Shown piece after piece: positions 1 to 9,465 of a DNA stretch of 64,000 bases (the stretch's first letter is position 1; every line of letters begins with the position of its first letter). The position numbers were made by a program, and so were the translations under genes. The notes under the pieces were generated by a model that saw only the letters and a program-made list of their open reading frames with translations, had not been told where the DNA came from and ran no database searches. The DNA comes from Escherichia coli (lineage in GTDB: Bacteria; Pseudomonadota; Gammaproteobacteria; Enterobacterales; Enterobacteriaceae): the NCBI RefSeq assembly GCF_965641715.1, contig NZ_OZ282455.1, one strand, 5' to 3'.

Positions 1-390
1 CTCATCTCCCTTTTCTATTGCTGTATGCATATACAGTATTCTAATAACTGAATCCACACACAGTCAAATGTCATTATTGTGACTAAAAAACGCTCAATTC
101 TCTGAGCGTGTGGCTGTATGCCTGCTGTGGACTGCTGTGTCCAGCTTATCCACAGCATTTTGCGCACGGTTCTGTGGACAAAATACCTGGTTACCCAGGC
201 CGTGCCGGCACGTTAACCGGGCTGCATCCGATGCAAGTGTGTCGCTGTCGCCGGCCTCCTCACCCGGTCACGTTTCGTCGTTCCTCCTCCACGCGCTGCG
301 GCTTCGGGGCCGCACCTGCATTCGTATGCGGTCGCCCGGTTACAGGTGCGGCACGGCCTGATGGAGGCCGCATGTGAGAGGAGAATTCCC

Positions 391-1317
391 ATGCCAAACT
401 GGTGCTCGAATCGTATGTATTTTTCTGGTGAACCGGCACAGATCGCTGAGATTAAACGACTGGCCAGCGGCGCAGTCACACCGTTTTATCGCCGCGCCAC
501 AAATGAAGGTATTCAGCTGTTTCTGGCCGGAAGTGCCGGACTTCTGCAGACCACTGAAGATGTGCAGTTTGAACCGTGCCCCGGACTGACGGCTGCCGGA
601 CGTGGTGTTGTATCGCCGGAGAATATCGCGTTCACACGCTGGCTGACACACCTGCAGAACGGTGTGCTACTGGATGAACAAAACTGCCTGATGCTGCATG
701 AACTCTGGCTGCAGAGCGGTACTGGACAGCGTCGCTGGGAAGGATTACCGGACGATGTCAGGGATACCATCACCGCACTTTTCACCGCAAAAAGAGGTGA
801 CTGGTGTGGCTTCTGGAGTAACGAGGATGTATCGGTGTGGTGGAACCGTCTTTGTGACAACGTACTGCCGGAAAAAACCATGCCGTTTGACCTGCTGACG
901 GTTCTGCCCACCCGCCTGGATGTTGAAGTGAATGGCTTTAACGGTGGTGTTCTGAACGGTGTTCCTTCTGCATATCACTGGTATACGGAACAGTATGGCG
1001 TGAAGTGGCCTGTGGGGTATGAGGTGAATATCAGCAGTCAGGGAGACAACTTCATTCAGGTTGATTTCGACACGCCGTGGTGTCAGCCGGAAAGCGACGT
1101 TATTGCAGAATTAAGCCGCCGTTTCAGCTGCACGCTGGAGCACTGGTATGCCGAACAGGGCTGTGATTTCTGTGGCTGGCAGTTGTATGAGCGCGGAGAG
1201 CTCGTTGATGTGCTGTGGGGGGAACTGGAATGGTCTTCCCCGACAGATGACGATGAGCTGCCGGAAGTCACCGGACCTGCGTGGATAGTCGACAATGTGG
1301 CGCATTATGGCGGATGA
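391..1317 (+). CDS. hypothetical leading-region protein (308 aa)
   Basis: Track ORF 346..1317; first ATG at 391 preceded by GAGAGGAG; Cys/Trp-rich; no motif I recognise. Confidence 0.55.
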   Translation: MPNWCSNRMYFSGEPAQIAEIKRLASGAVTPFYRRATNEGIQLFLAGSAGLLQTTEDVQFEPCPGLTAAGRGVVSPENIAFTRWLTHLQNGVLLDEQNCLMLHELWLQSGTGQRRWEGLPDDVRDTITALFTAKRGDWCGFWSNEDVSVWWNRLCDNVLPEKTMPFDLLTVLPTRLDVEVNGFNGGVLNGVPSAYHWYTEQYGVKWPVGYEVNISSQGDNFIQVDFDTPWCQPESDVIAELSRRFSCTLEHWYAEQGCDFCGWQLYERGELVDVLWGELEWSSPTDDDELPEVTGPAWIVDNVAHYGG

Positions 1318-1700
1318 AGTATGACGGAGACGGGCGGGAAACCGCCCGTTTCTTTTCCGACAAAGGATGTCGCCGTGCTCCTCTTTTTACTGCGCCGGCT
1401 GACGCGGCGCGGCATAAACGCTGCCTGTGGTCAGTGTCCCGCGTCCGGCGGGCACGGGACGGGCGCTTTTACCGCTCCCGGCTGGCGTCGGTGACAGTGT
1501 ACGCCAGCCCGTCGCCCTTTTCTGATGAACGCCCTTCAAGCCGCTTTCGCGGCATAACCTCGCCGTCAAAAAGACGACGGCTGCGGTATTCCACGGTCGG
1601 CCTGACCCGTTACCGGACGCGGTGAACAGCCCACAGGCAGCGGGGAACGGGCGCCACAGGGGTGCCCTCCCGGTGCCCTCTGTAAGAGAAGGAGTTTTGT

Positions 1701-2384
1701 ATGTCCCGTTTTATCCAGGGTAACTGCGTGCGTGTTATGGCCACGTTTCCGGGCAATGCTGTCGATTTCATCCTTACCGACCCGCCATATCTCGTCGGTT
1801 TTCGTGACCGACAGGGGCGTACCATCGCCGGCGATAAAACCGATGAATGGCTGCAACCGGCCTGTAATGAAATGTACCGCGTACTCAAAAAAGACGCGTT
1901 AATGGTGAGCTTCTATGGCTGGAACCGCGTCGATCGCTTTATGGCCGCCTGGAAAAATGCGGGATTCAGCGTGGTTGGCCACCTGGTCTTCACCAAAAAC
2001 TACACATCGAAGGCCGCATATGTGGGCTATCGCCACGAATGCGCCTACATCCTGGCAAAAGGCCGTCCACGTCTGCCACAAAACCCGCTGCCGGACGTGC
2101 TGGGCTGGAAATATTCAGGCAATCGCCATCACCCGACGGAAAAGCCCGTTACCAGCCTGCAACCGCTGATTGAGAGCTTCACACACCCGAACGCAATTGT
2201 GCTGGACCCGTTTGCAGGCAGCGGCTCAACCTGCGTCGCCGCCCTCCAGTCCGGACGCCGGTATATCGGTATCGAGCTGCTTGAGCAGTATCACCGTGTC
2301 GGGCAGCAACGCCTTGCCGCCGTGCAACGGGCCATGCAGCAGGGGGCCGCGAATGATGACTGGTTTATGCCGGAGGCTGCGTAA
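1701..2384 (+). CDS. orphan DNA amino-methyltransferase (N6-adenine/N4-cytosine class)
   Basis: DPPY catalytic motif near N-terminus and FAGSGST SAM-binding motif near C-terminus; no restriction endonuclease gene adjacent. Confidence 0.85.
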   Translation: MSRFIQGNCVRVMATFPGNAVDFILTDPPYLVGFRDRQGRTIAGDKTDEWLQPACNEMYRVLKKDALMVSFYGWNRVDRFMAAWKNAGFSVVGHLVFTKNYTSKAAYVGYRHECAYILAKGRPRLPQNPLPDVLGWKYSGNRHHPTEKPVTSLQPLIESFTHPNAIVLDPFAGSGSTCVAALQSGRRYIGIELLEQYHRVGQQRLAAVQRAMQQGAANDDWFMPEAA

Positions 2385-2606
2385 ATGAACTATGCCGGAC
2401 ACGAAAAACTTCGCGCCGAAGTGGCGGAGGTGGCCAATGCCATGTGTGACCTGCGTACAACCATGAATGAGATGGAGCGGCGGTACAGCTTTAATGCTGA
2501 CACCCTGCCGGAACGTCTGGTGCGTCAGACGTTGTTTCGCGCAAACCGCCTCCTGATGGAGGCATATACCGAAATTCTTGAACTGGATGCGTGCTTCAAA
2601 GATTAA
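2385..2606 (+). CDS. hypothetical protein (73 aa)
   Basis: Track ORF; start overlaps stop of methyltransferase gene (TAAATG), suggesting translational coupling. Confidence 0.45.
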   Translation: MNYAGHEKLRAEVAEVANAMCDLRTTMNEMERRYSFNADTLPERLVRQTLFRANRLLMEAYTEILELDACFKD

Positions 2607-2618
2607 GGAGGAGACGAA

Positions 2619-3053
2619 ATGTACGGAACATGCGAAACGCTCTGCCGTGAGCTGGCAGCAAAGTATCCGGGAAACACGCCGCTGATGCTGCTTATCTGGT
2701 CCCCGGAAGAGATTCAGGCACTGGCCGACGGTATGGAAATTTCTCTGACCGATCATGAAATCAGGACTGTCCTGGCGCACCTGGAGGACATCCCGGAAGA
2801 CCAGCGGACTGAGTCCGGTATTTCTTCCGCCGCGGCGATGGAGATTATCAGCAACGTGAGCGAAAACCGCCTGGTGACCGTCCCTGCTGAACTGCTGGCG
2901 TCCCTGATTCAGACCGCTGAACAGGCACTGTGGAAACGTGAATGGGCCGCCCGTGATAACGGCCTTGCCGTCCCGGAATGTGTTACCCGCCGTCAGGCAG
3001 TGATTAATCAGGCCCGCACCCTGCTGAAAAACAACACACACGAAAACAACTGA
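2619..3053 (+). CDS. hypothetical protein (144 aa), paralog of 4762..5184
   Basis: Track ORF with AGGAGG-like SD; shares SLTD.E..TV...L.D and VTVPA motifs with ORF 4762..5184. Confidence 0.6.
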   Translation: MYGTCETLCRELAAKYPGNTPLMLLIWSPEEIQALADGMEISLTDHEIRTVLAHLEDIPEDQRTESGISSAAAMEIISNVSENRLVTVPAELLASLIQTAEQALWKREWAARDNGLAVPECVTRRQAVINQARTLLKNNTHENN

Positions 3054-3103
3054 TGTTATCGCCGCCTGCCCTGCGGGCGGCGATACAGGGAGAACGCTTA
3101 ATC

Positions 3104-3874
3104 ATGAACAAAACGCTGAATGCACTGGTTTGTCGTCACGCCCGTAACCTGCTGCTGGCGCAGGGCTGGCCGGAAGAGACGGATGTTGACCAGCGAAATC
3201 CGAACTATCCGGGCTGGATCAGCATTTACGTGCGGCTGGATGCGCCCCGGCTGGCGACGTTACTTATCAACCGTCACGGCGGCGTACTGCCGCCGCTCCT
3301 GGCCTCCGCCATTCAGAGACTGACCGGAACCGGGGCGGAACTGGTACTGTCCGGCAGTCAGTGGCAATCGCTGCCGGTACTTCCGGCAGACGGAACGCAG
3401 GTGTCTTTCCCGTATGCCGGAGAATGGCTGACCGAAGACGAAATCAGGGCTGTTCTTGATGCGGTGCACGATGCGGTACGAAGCATCTGTTACCAGGTGG
3501 CAGACGATGCGCGGCGTATCCGTGCGGCGCTGACCACCACCGGTCAGACGTTGCTGACCCGCCAGACGCGCCGCTTTCGCCTGGTCGTGAAGGAAAGCGA
3601 TCACCCCTGCTGGCTCGATGAAGATGACGAAAACCTGCCCGTGGTGCTCGATGCCATCGTGAACCGGGGAGCACGTTTTTCGTCGGTGGAAATGTACCTG
3701 GTCAGCGATTGTATTGAGCATATCCTGTCCAGTGGGCTGGCCTGCGATGTGCTGCGTATACCTGATGAATCGCCCCGCCGCTGGTTTGACCGTGGTGTTC
3801 TGCGGGAGGTGGTCCGGGAAGCCCGGACCGAAATCCGCAGCATGGCGGATGCCCTGGCAAAAATCCGGAAATGA
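3104..3874 (+). CDS. hypothetical protein (256 aa)
   Basis: Track ORF 3053..3874; ATG at 3104 follows a stem-loop (3056..3082) and a GGGAGA SD-like sequence. Confidence 0.55.
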   Translation: MNKTLNALVCRHARNLLLAQGWPEETDVDQRNPNYPGWISIYVRLDAPRLATLLINRHGGVLPPLLASAIQRLTGTGAELVLSGSQWQSLPVLPADGTQVSFPYAGEWLTEDEIRAVLDAVHDAVRSICYQVADDARRIRAALTTTGQTLLTRQTRRFRLVVKESDHPCWLDEDDENLPVVLDAIVNRGARFSSVEMYLVSDCIEHILSSGLACDVLRIPDESPRRWFDRGVLREVVREARTEIRSMADALAKIRK

Positions 3875-3882
3875 TGACACTG

Positions 3883-3905
3883 GCGGGGAAAATCCCCGCC
3901 TTTTT
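3883..3905 (+). terminator. Rho-independent terminator
   Basis: GGCGGGG-aaaat-CCCCGCC hairpin followed by TTTTT directly after stop of 3104..3874. Confidence 0.5.
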
Positions 3906-3932
3906 CCTGCCGGTCCCCGGACAGAGCACAAA

Positions 3933-4270
3933 GGAAGTCGCCGCCGGCTCCGCTTTACCCGGCCATGCAGAGCATGGCCTTGTGGTTTTCAGTTATGTGG
4001 CCTCAGCGTCGTGTGCGGGCTGTGCCGTGCCTCCATCTTAGCCGGGCTGGCGTTGATGCAAGGGTACGCTTCGCCGCTGCGGTCACCCGGTCCCTCCTTC
4101 CCGTCTGCCGTGATTTTCCGGTCGTTCACCCGCTCAGATTTCGCGGTCTCACCCTCCAACTCCCGCCAGCCGTGTGCGTCAGGCTGCGGCTTCCCTTGCG
4201 CCCCTGCATCCCCGCCTTATCGCCCGGCTTTTCTGGAGGCACGGCACCGCCCGGTGTCGCGGAATATGTG
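3933..4270. repeat. dispersed leading-region repeat, family A copy 1 (candidate ssDNA promoter / ssi element)
   Basis: About 340 nt nearly identical to 10878..11218; GC-rich, non-coding, ends about 20 nt before klcA start. Confidence 0.7.
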
Positions 4271-4289
4271 AACAACGGAGGAAAACATC

Positions 4290-4715
4290 ATGCAATATGC
4301 GAAACCTGTCACTCTGAACGTTGAAGAGTGCGACCGTTTGTCTTTTCTGCCTTACCTGTTTGGCCAGGATTTTCTGTATGCCGAAGCGTCTGTATACGCG
4401 CTGGCGAAACAAATGATGCCGGAATATGAAGGCGGATTCTGGCACTTCATCCGCCTGCCGGACGGTGGCGGTTACATGATGCCGGACGGTGACCGTTTCC
4501 ACATGGTGAACGGTGCAAACTGGTTTGACCGTACCGTGAGTGCTGATGCCGCAGGCATCATCCTTACCTCCCTTGTGATTAACCGCCAGTTGTGGCTGTA
4601 CCACGACAGCGGGGATGCAGGACTGACCCAGCTTTACCGGATGCGCGATGCGCAGTTGTGGCGTCACATCGAATTTCACCCTGAATGCAACGCGATTTAC
4701 GCAGCACTGGACTGA
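4290..4715 (+). CDS. klcA: KlcA/ArdB-family antirestriction protein
   Basis: 141 aa; RLSFLP, GGFWHF and C-terminal AIYAALD motifs matching my memory of KlcA/ArdB. Confidence 0.8.
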   Translation: MQYAKPVTLNVEECDRLSFLPYLFGQDFLYAEASVYALAKQMMPEYEGGFWHFIRLPDGGGYMMPDGDRFHMVNGANWFDRTVSADAAGIILTSLVINRQLWLYHDSGDAGLTQLYRMRDAQLWRHIEFHPECNAIYAALD

Positions 4716-4761
4716 TTAACGGACGGGGCGGCAATGCCGCCCCTGTAAAGGAGACGAGAAC

Positions 4762-5184
4762 ATGTACTGTACTGTTAAAGAAATTATCCGTGATGTACTG
4801 GATACAGACGTGCCGGACAGTGAATGCGTTTTTGCCGTGGTGCTGACCCGTGGGGATGTGCGTCACATAGCCCAGGACTGGAGTCTGACAGACGATGAGC
4901 TGGAAACCGTCATGCAGCGGCTGGACGATGCCTTTGAATATGGTGCGGATGTCAGCGTTGTTCACGGCGTTGTTCGTGAACTGATGGAAGAAAAGCGCGC
5001 CAGCCGTCAGGTGACAGTCCCGGCGGTGATGCTGGAAAAAGTGATGGCGCTGGCAGGCAGTGAAATGAAGCGCCTGTATGCCGTCGGGAGTGAGAACGGG
5101 GGCGACGGTGACGCATTCGTCAGGGAGGAACGCGAAGCAATGGACGTTGTGTTACAGGCGCTGGACGGGGAGACGATGTCATGA
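4762..5184 (+). CDS. hypothetical protein (140 aa), paralog of 2619..3053
   Basis: Track ORF with GGAGACGAG SD; shared motifs with 2619..3053. Confidence 0.6.
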   Translation: MYCTVKEIIRDVLDTDVPDSECVFAVVLTRGDVRHIAQDWSLTDDELETVMQRLDDAFEYGADVSVVHGVVRELMEEKRASRQVTVPAVMLEKVMALAGSEMKRLYAVGSENGGDGDAFVREEREAMDVVLQALDGETMS

Positions 5185-5372
5185 ATATCAGCACAGAAAC
5201 CCGCGAAATTCTGCGCAATTACAAAGCCGTGATTAATGCGCGGCGTCGTGAAATGGGGCAGAAACCGCTCACCACTGCGCAGATTGTTGATGAAATCTGC
5301 GATTTTGTGGCGAATCAGCAGGCGGTTTTCCTCGGTGGTCACTATATCCTTCAGGGCAGCAGAAACAGGTGA
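5181..5372 (+). CDS. hypothetical protein (63 aa)
   Basis: Track ORF; start overlaps upstream stop (ATGTCATGA). Confidence 0.4.
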   Translation: MNISTETREILRNYKAVINARRREMGQKPLTTAQIVDEICDFVANQQAVFLGGHYILQGSRNR

Positions 5373-5411
5373 TACAGGGCAGGCGGTAGAGGCCGCCTGT
5401 CAGCCCGCGCG

Positions 5412-6125
5412 AAAACCCCTGGCAGGCTGACGCCTGCCGGAAATGCGGGGTGCAGCGCCTGCGGCGCTGCCGGCCCGGCTTTCCGGTCAGAAGGTAGTGT
5501 ATGGCTGTATGCAGGGAACAGGTGTGATATTCCGTGACACTGTCACTGTTTCTGGCTGTCTTTTATTGCGCCCACTTCGGCTCCCGGCTGCCTGGCGGCA
5601 TCCGGTCGTCAGGCCCGACTCCGACAGGCAGCTGCTGGCGCACCCGCCAGTCTCCGCCGAACCCGCTGGCGCGGTTTCGGGCTGCCGCTACGGTCCGATG
5701 CGTGAAAACCCGGCTTGCAGCGACCGTTCCGGTCGCGCCGCCCCTGTCGCGCCGTGACCTGCGCTCCCTGCACACCTGACGGTGTGTGAGGAAACTGCGC
5801 CTGATGGCGCAGCAGTCTTCCCTCCTGCCGCCACCCCTGCGGCCTGTTTCCCGCTGTGGACTTTCCGGGGGGCAGACGTAACCCCCTCCCGTTCCATCTG
5901 TCCAGGGTGAGATGCACCGGCCACAAAATTTTTAGCCATGAACCCGGCTAAAAATTTTGCGTCCGCCCCCGGACAGCTGTCCCGTGAGGCGGTAAACGGG
6001 CCCCCATCGGAAAGGTCCACTGCGGGGAGAAACCCCTGTGAAGTGGACGGCAGGAGGAGCTTTCGCTCCTCTGAAGGGGCACATGAACGTCCCGTCGCCG
6101 GTATCCGGTTTATCTCACATCTTTC
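5412..6125. repeat. dispersed leading-region repeat, family B copy 1 (candidate ssDNA promoter / Frpo-ssi-like element)
   Basis: About 700 nt highly similar to 11782..12445; 3' part (about 5745..6125) also shared with 14961..15315; contains AT-rich palindrome CAAAATTTTTAGCC-N9-GGCTAAAAATTTTG; ends at ssb SD. Confidence 0.7.
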
Positions 6126-6140
6126 AGTCAGGAGGTTCTT

Positions 6141-6668
6141 ATGAGTGCACGTGGTATCAACAAGGTCATCCTCGTCGGGCGTCTGGGCAATGATCCGGAA
6201 GTCCGTTACATCCCCAACGGGGGCGCAGTGGCAAACCTGCAGGTGGCCACATCAGAAAGCTGGCGTGACAAACAGACGGGGGAGATGCGGGAGCAGACGG
6301 AATGGCACCGCGTGGTGCTGTTCGGCAAGCTCGCGGAAGTGGCAGGTGAATATCTGTGCAAGGGTGCGCAGGTCTACATCGAAGGTCAGCTTCGCACCCG
6401 TAGCTGGGAAGATAACGGTATCACCCGTTACGTCACTGAAATTCTTGTTAAGACCACGGGCACCATGCAGATGCTGGGGAGTGCACCACAGCAGAACGCT
6501 CAGGCGCAACCGAAGCCTCAGCAGAATGGGCAGCCACAGAGTGCTGACGCGACGAAAAAAGGTGGCGCGAAAACGAAAGGCCGTGGACGTAAGGCCGCGC
6601 AGCCCGAGCCTCAGCCGCAACCGCCGGAGGGGGAGGATTACGGGTTTTCAGACGATATCCCGTTCTGA
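6141..6668 (+). CDS. ssb: single-stranded DNA-binding protein (plasmid SSB)
   Basis: 175 aa; OB-fold N-terminus ([16 protein letters not shown]...), Gln/Pro-rich linker, acidic tail DDIPF. Confidence 0.95.
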   Translation: MSARGINKVILVGRLGNDPEVRYIPNGGAVANLQVATSESWRDKQTGEMREQTEWHRVVLFGKLAEVAGEYLCKGAQVYIEGQLRTRSWEDNGITRYVTEILVKTTGTMQMLGSAPQQNAQAQPKPQQNGQPQSADATKKGGAKTKGRGRKAAQPEPQPQPPEGEDYGFSDDIPF

Positions 6669-6686
6669 CTGGCCTGACTGTGATAA

Positions 6687-6959
<273 letters not shown>

Positions 6960-7011
6960 GAGAGGTGCCGGACGCGCGAACGTCCGGCAGGACATAAGCA
7001 ATTATAAGGGG

Positions 7012-8976
7012 ATGATTATGCCTGTAACGAAGTGTGAACCAGAAACCACCCGCAAAGCAAGCCGTAAATCTGCAAAAACGCAGGAAACAGTCCTGTCTGC
7101 CCTGCTGGCGCAGACGGAGGAAGTGAGCGTGCCGCTGGCCTCACTGATTAAGTCACCGCTGAATGTGCGCACGGTGCCGTATTCTGCGGAGTCCGTCAGC
7201 GAACTGGCAGGGTCCATTCAGGGCGTCGGACTGCTGCAGAATCTGGTCGTGCATACCCTGCCTGGTGAGCGCTACGGTGTCGCCGCAGGTGGTCGCAGAC
7301 TGGCAGCACTCAATATGCTGGCTGAGCGTGGAATCATTCCGGCTGACTGGCCTGTCCGCGTGAAAATTATTCCGCAGGAACTGGCGACGGCTGCATCGAT
7401 GACCGAGAACGGTCATCGCCGGGATATGCACCCTGCCGAACAGATTGCCGGATTCCGCGCAATGGCGCAGGAAGGCAAAACAGCGGCACAAATCGGTGAT
7501 TTGCTGGGCTATTCACCCCGCCACGTTCAGCGAATGCTGAAACTGGCAGACCTTGCGCCTGTCATCCTTGATGCGCTGGCAGAAGACCGCATCACCACAG
7601 AGCACTGTCAGGCGCTGGCGCTGGAGAACGACACCGCGCGTCAGGTGCAGGTGTTTGAAGCTGCCTGTCAGTCGGGATGGGGCGGAAAACCGGAAGTACA
7701 GACCATTCGTCGTCTGGTGACCGAAAGTGAAGTGGCGGTGGCGGGGAACACTAAATTCCGCTTCGTGGGGGCTGATGCCTTCTCGCCAGATGAACTGCGC
7801 ACTGATTTGTTCAGCGACGATGAGGGTGGCTATGTGGACTGTGTTGCGCTCGATGCCGCCCTGCTGGAAAAACTCCAGGCTGTTGCAGAGTACCTTCGGG
7901 AAGCTGAGGGCTGGGGATGGTGTGCCGGACGCATGGAGGCCGTTGGTGAGTGCCGTGAAGATGCCCAGGCATACCGCAACCTGCCGCAGCCGGAAGCAGT
8001 GCTGACGGAGGCGGAAGAAGAACGCCTGAACGAACTGATGGCACGTTACGACGCACTGGAAAACCAGTGTGAGGAATCTGACCTGCTGGAAGCAGAAATG
8101 AAGCTGATGCGCTGCATGGCGAAGGTCAGAGCGTGGACGCCGGAGATGCGTGCCGGAAGCGGTGTGGTGGTGTCCTGGCGTTATGGCAACGTGTGTGTCC
8201 AGCGTGGTGTGCAGTTGCGCAGCGAGGATGACGTGGCTGACGACGCTGACCGCACGGAACAGATGCAGGAGAAAGCGTCAGTGGAGGAAATCAGTCTGCC
8301 ACTGCTGACGAAAATGTCTTCCGAACGCACGCTGGCAGTCCAGGCGGCACTCATGCAGCAACCGGACAAATCTCTGGCACTGCTGGCATGGACGCTCTGC
8401 CTGAATGTGTTTGGCAGCGGGGCGTACAGTAGTCCCGCCAGAATTTACCTGGAATGTGGGCATTACTCACTGACCAGCGCTGCGCCGTCAGGGAAGGAAG
8501 GTACCGCATTCATGGCGCTGATGGCAGAGCACTTTCGCCTTGCTGCCCTGCTGCCGGATGAATGGGAACGGGACATGACGACGTTCCTGTCACTCAGCCA
8601 GGAGGTGCTGTTATCCCTGCTCAGTTTCTGCACTGCATGCAGCATCCACGGCGTTCAGACCCGTGAGTGTGGTCACACGTCACGCAGTCCGCTGGACTCG
8701 CTGGAAACCGCCATCGGCTTTCACATGCGCGACTGGTGGCAGCCGACAAAAGCAAACTTCTTCGGACACCTGAAAAAGCCGCAGATTATCGCAGCCCTGA
8801 ATGAGGCAGGACTGTCCGGTGCCGCACGGGACGCGGAGAAGATGAAGAAAGGTGATGCGGCTGAACATGCAGAGCACCATATGAAAGACAACCGCTGGGT
8901 TCCAGGCTGGATGTGTGCACCACATCCACAGACAGATGCCACTGAACGCACCGATAACCTGGCTGATGCCGCCTGA
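7012..8976 (+). CDS. ParB-like nuclease-domain protein (large leading-region ParB/Srx homolog)
   Basis: Track ORF 6928..8976; ATG at 7012 after AAGGGG; N-terminal ParB box (VAAGGRRLAAL) followed by HTH-like segment. Confidence 0.8.
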   Translation: MIMPVTKCEPETTRKASRKSAKTQETVLSALLAQTEEVSVPLASLIKSPLNVRTVPYSAESVSELAGSIQGVGLLQNLVVHTLPGERYGVAAGGRRLAALNMLAERGIIPADWPVRVKIIPQELATAASMTENGHRRDMHPAEQIAGFRAMAQEGKTAAQIGDLLGYSPRHVQRMLKLADLAPVILDALAEDRITTEHCQALALENDTARQVQVFEAACQSGWGGKPEVQTIRRLVTESEVAVAGNTKFRFVGADAFSPDELRTDLFSDDEGGYVDCVALDAALLEKLQAVAEYLREAEGWGWCAGRMEAVGECREDAQAYRNLPQPEAVLTEAEEERLNELMARYDALENQCEESDLLEAEMKLMRCMAKVRAWTPEMRAGSGVVVSWRYGNVCVQRGVQLRSEDDVADDADRTEQMQEKASVEEISLPLLTKMSSERTLAVQAALMQQPDKSLALLAWTLCLNVFGSGAYSSPARIYLECGHYSLTSAAPSGKEGTAFMALMAEHFRLAALLPDEWERDMTTFLSLSQEVLLSLLSFCTACSIHGVQTRECGHTSRSPLDSLETAIGFHMRDWWQPTKANFFGHLKKPQIIAALNEAGLSGAARDAEKMKKGDAAEHAEHHMKDNRWVPGWMCAPHPQTDATERTDNLADAA

Positions 8977-9030
8977 TGAACAACCACACCGCCCCGCCGG
9001 AGACGGGGCGGCAGCAAGGGAGATACCGTG

Positions 9031-9465
9031 ATGAAAACTGAACTGACCCTGAATGCCCTGCAGTCCATGAACGCACAGGAATATGAAGATATCCGTGCTG
9101 CGGGAAGCGATATGCGCCGTAATCTCACTCACGAGGTGATGCGTGAAGTGGACGCACCGGCTAACTGGATGATGAATGGCGAGTATGGCAGTGAGTTCGG
9201 GGGCTTTTTCCCCGTCCAGGTTCGTTTCACGCCAGCCCACGAACGTTTCCACCTGGCATTATGTTCGCCGGGAGACGTCTCTCAGCTCTGGATGCTGGTT
9301 CTGGTGAATTGTGGTGGACAGCCTTTCGCCGTCGTTCAGGTGCAACATATCTTCACGCCTGTCGCTATCAGTCACACGCTGGCGCTTGCCGCGACACTTG
9401 ATGCGCAGGGGTACAGTGTTAACGACATCATCCATATCCTGATGGCAGAAGGAGGTCAGGCATGA
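9031..9465 (+). CDS. psiB: plasmid SOS inhibition protein PsiB
   Basis: About 144 aa; [27 protein letters not shown]... matches PsiB as I recall it. Confidence 0.95.
   Translation: MKTELTLNALQSMNAQEYEDIRAAGSDMRRNLTHEVMREVDAPANWMMNGEYGSEFGGFFPVQVRFTPAHERFHLALCSPGDVSQLWMLVLVNCGGQPFAVVQVQHIFTPVAISHTLALAATLDAQGYSVNDIIHILMAEGGQA

Noticed and set aside
2226-3041. Long antisense ORFs inside established genes (e.g. 2226..3041 -, 3260..3931 -, 9532..10176 -, 42743..43183 -)
   Set aside because: They lie opposite genes that I recognise or that have good SD and start signals; typical shadow ORFs of GC-rich coding DNA
3714-4324. Track ORFs 3714..4271 and 3965..4324 (+) and the 5' part of ORF 10832..11590
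   Set aside because: They are translations of the GC-rich family A repeat; the same pseudo-protein appears at both copies, the ORFs overlap each other, and the real gene (klcA or ardA) starts just downstream with its own SD
5443-6144. Multiple overlapping ORFs on both strands (5443..5757, 5534..5779, 5563..5775, 5609..5926, 5688..6020, 5938..6144) and equivalents at 11877..12443 and 14858..15328
   Set aside because: All lie within family B repeats; they are mutually overlapping, Arg/Pro/Gly-rich as expected from GC-rich non-coding DNA, and have no SD sequences
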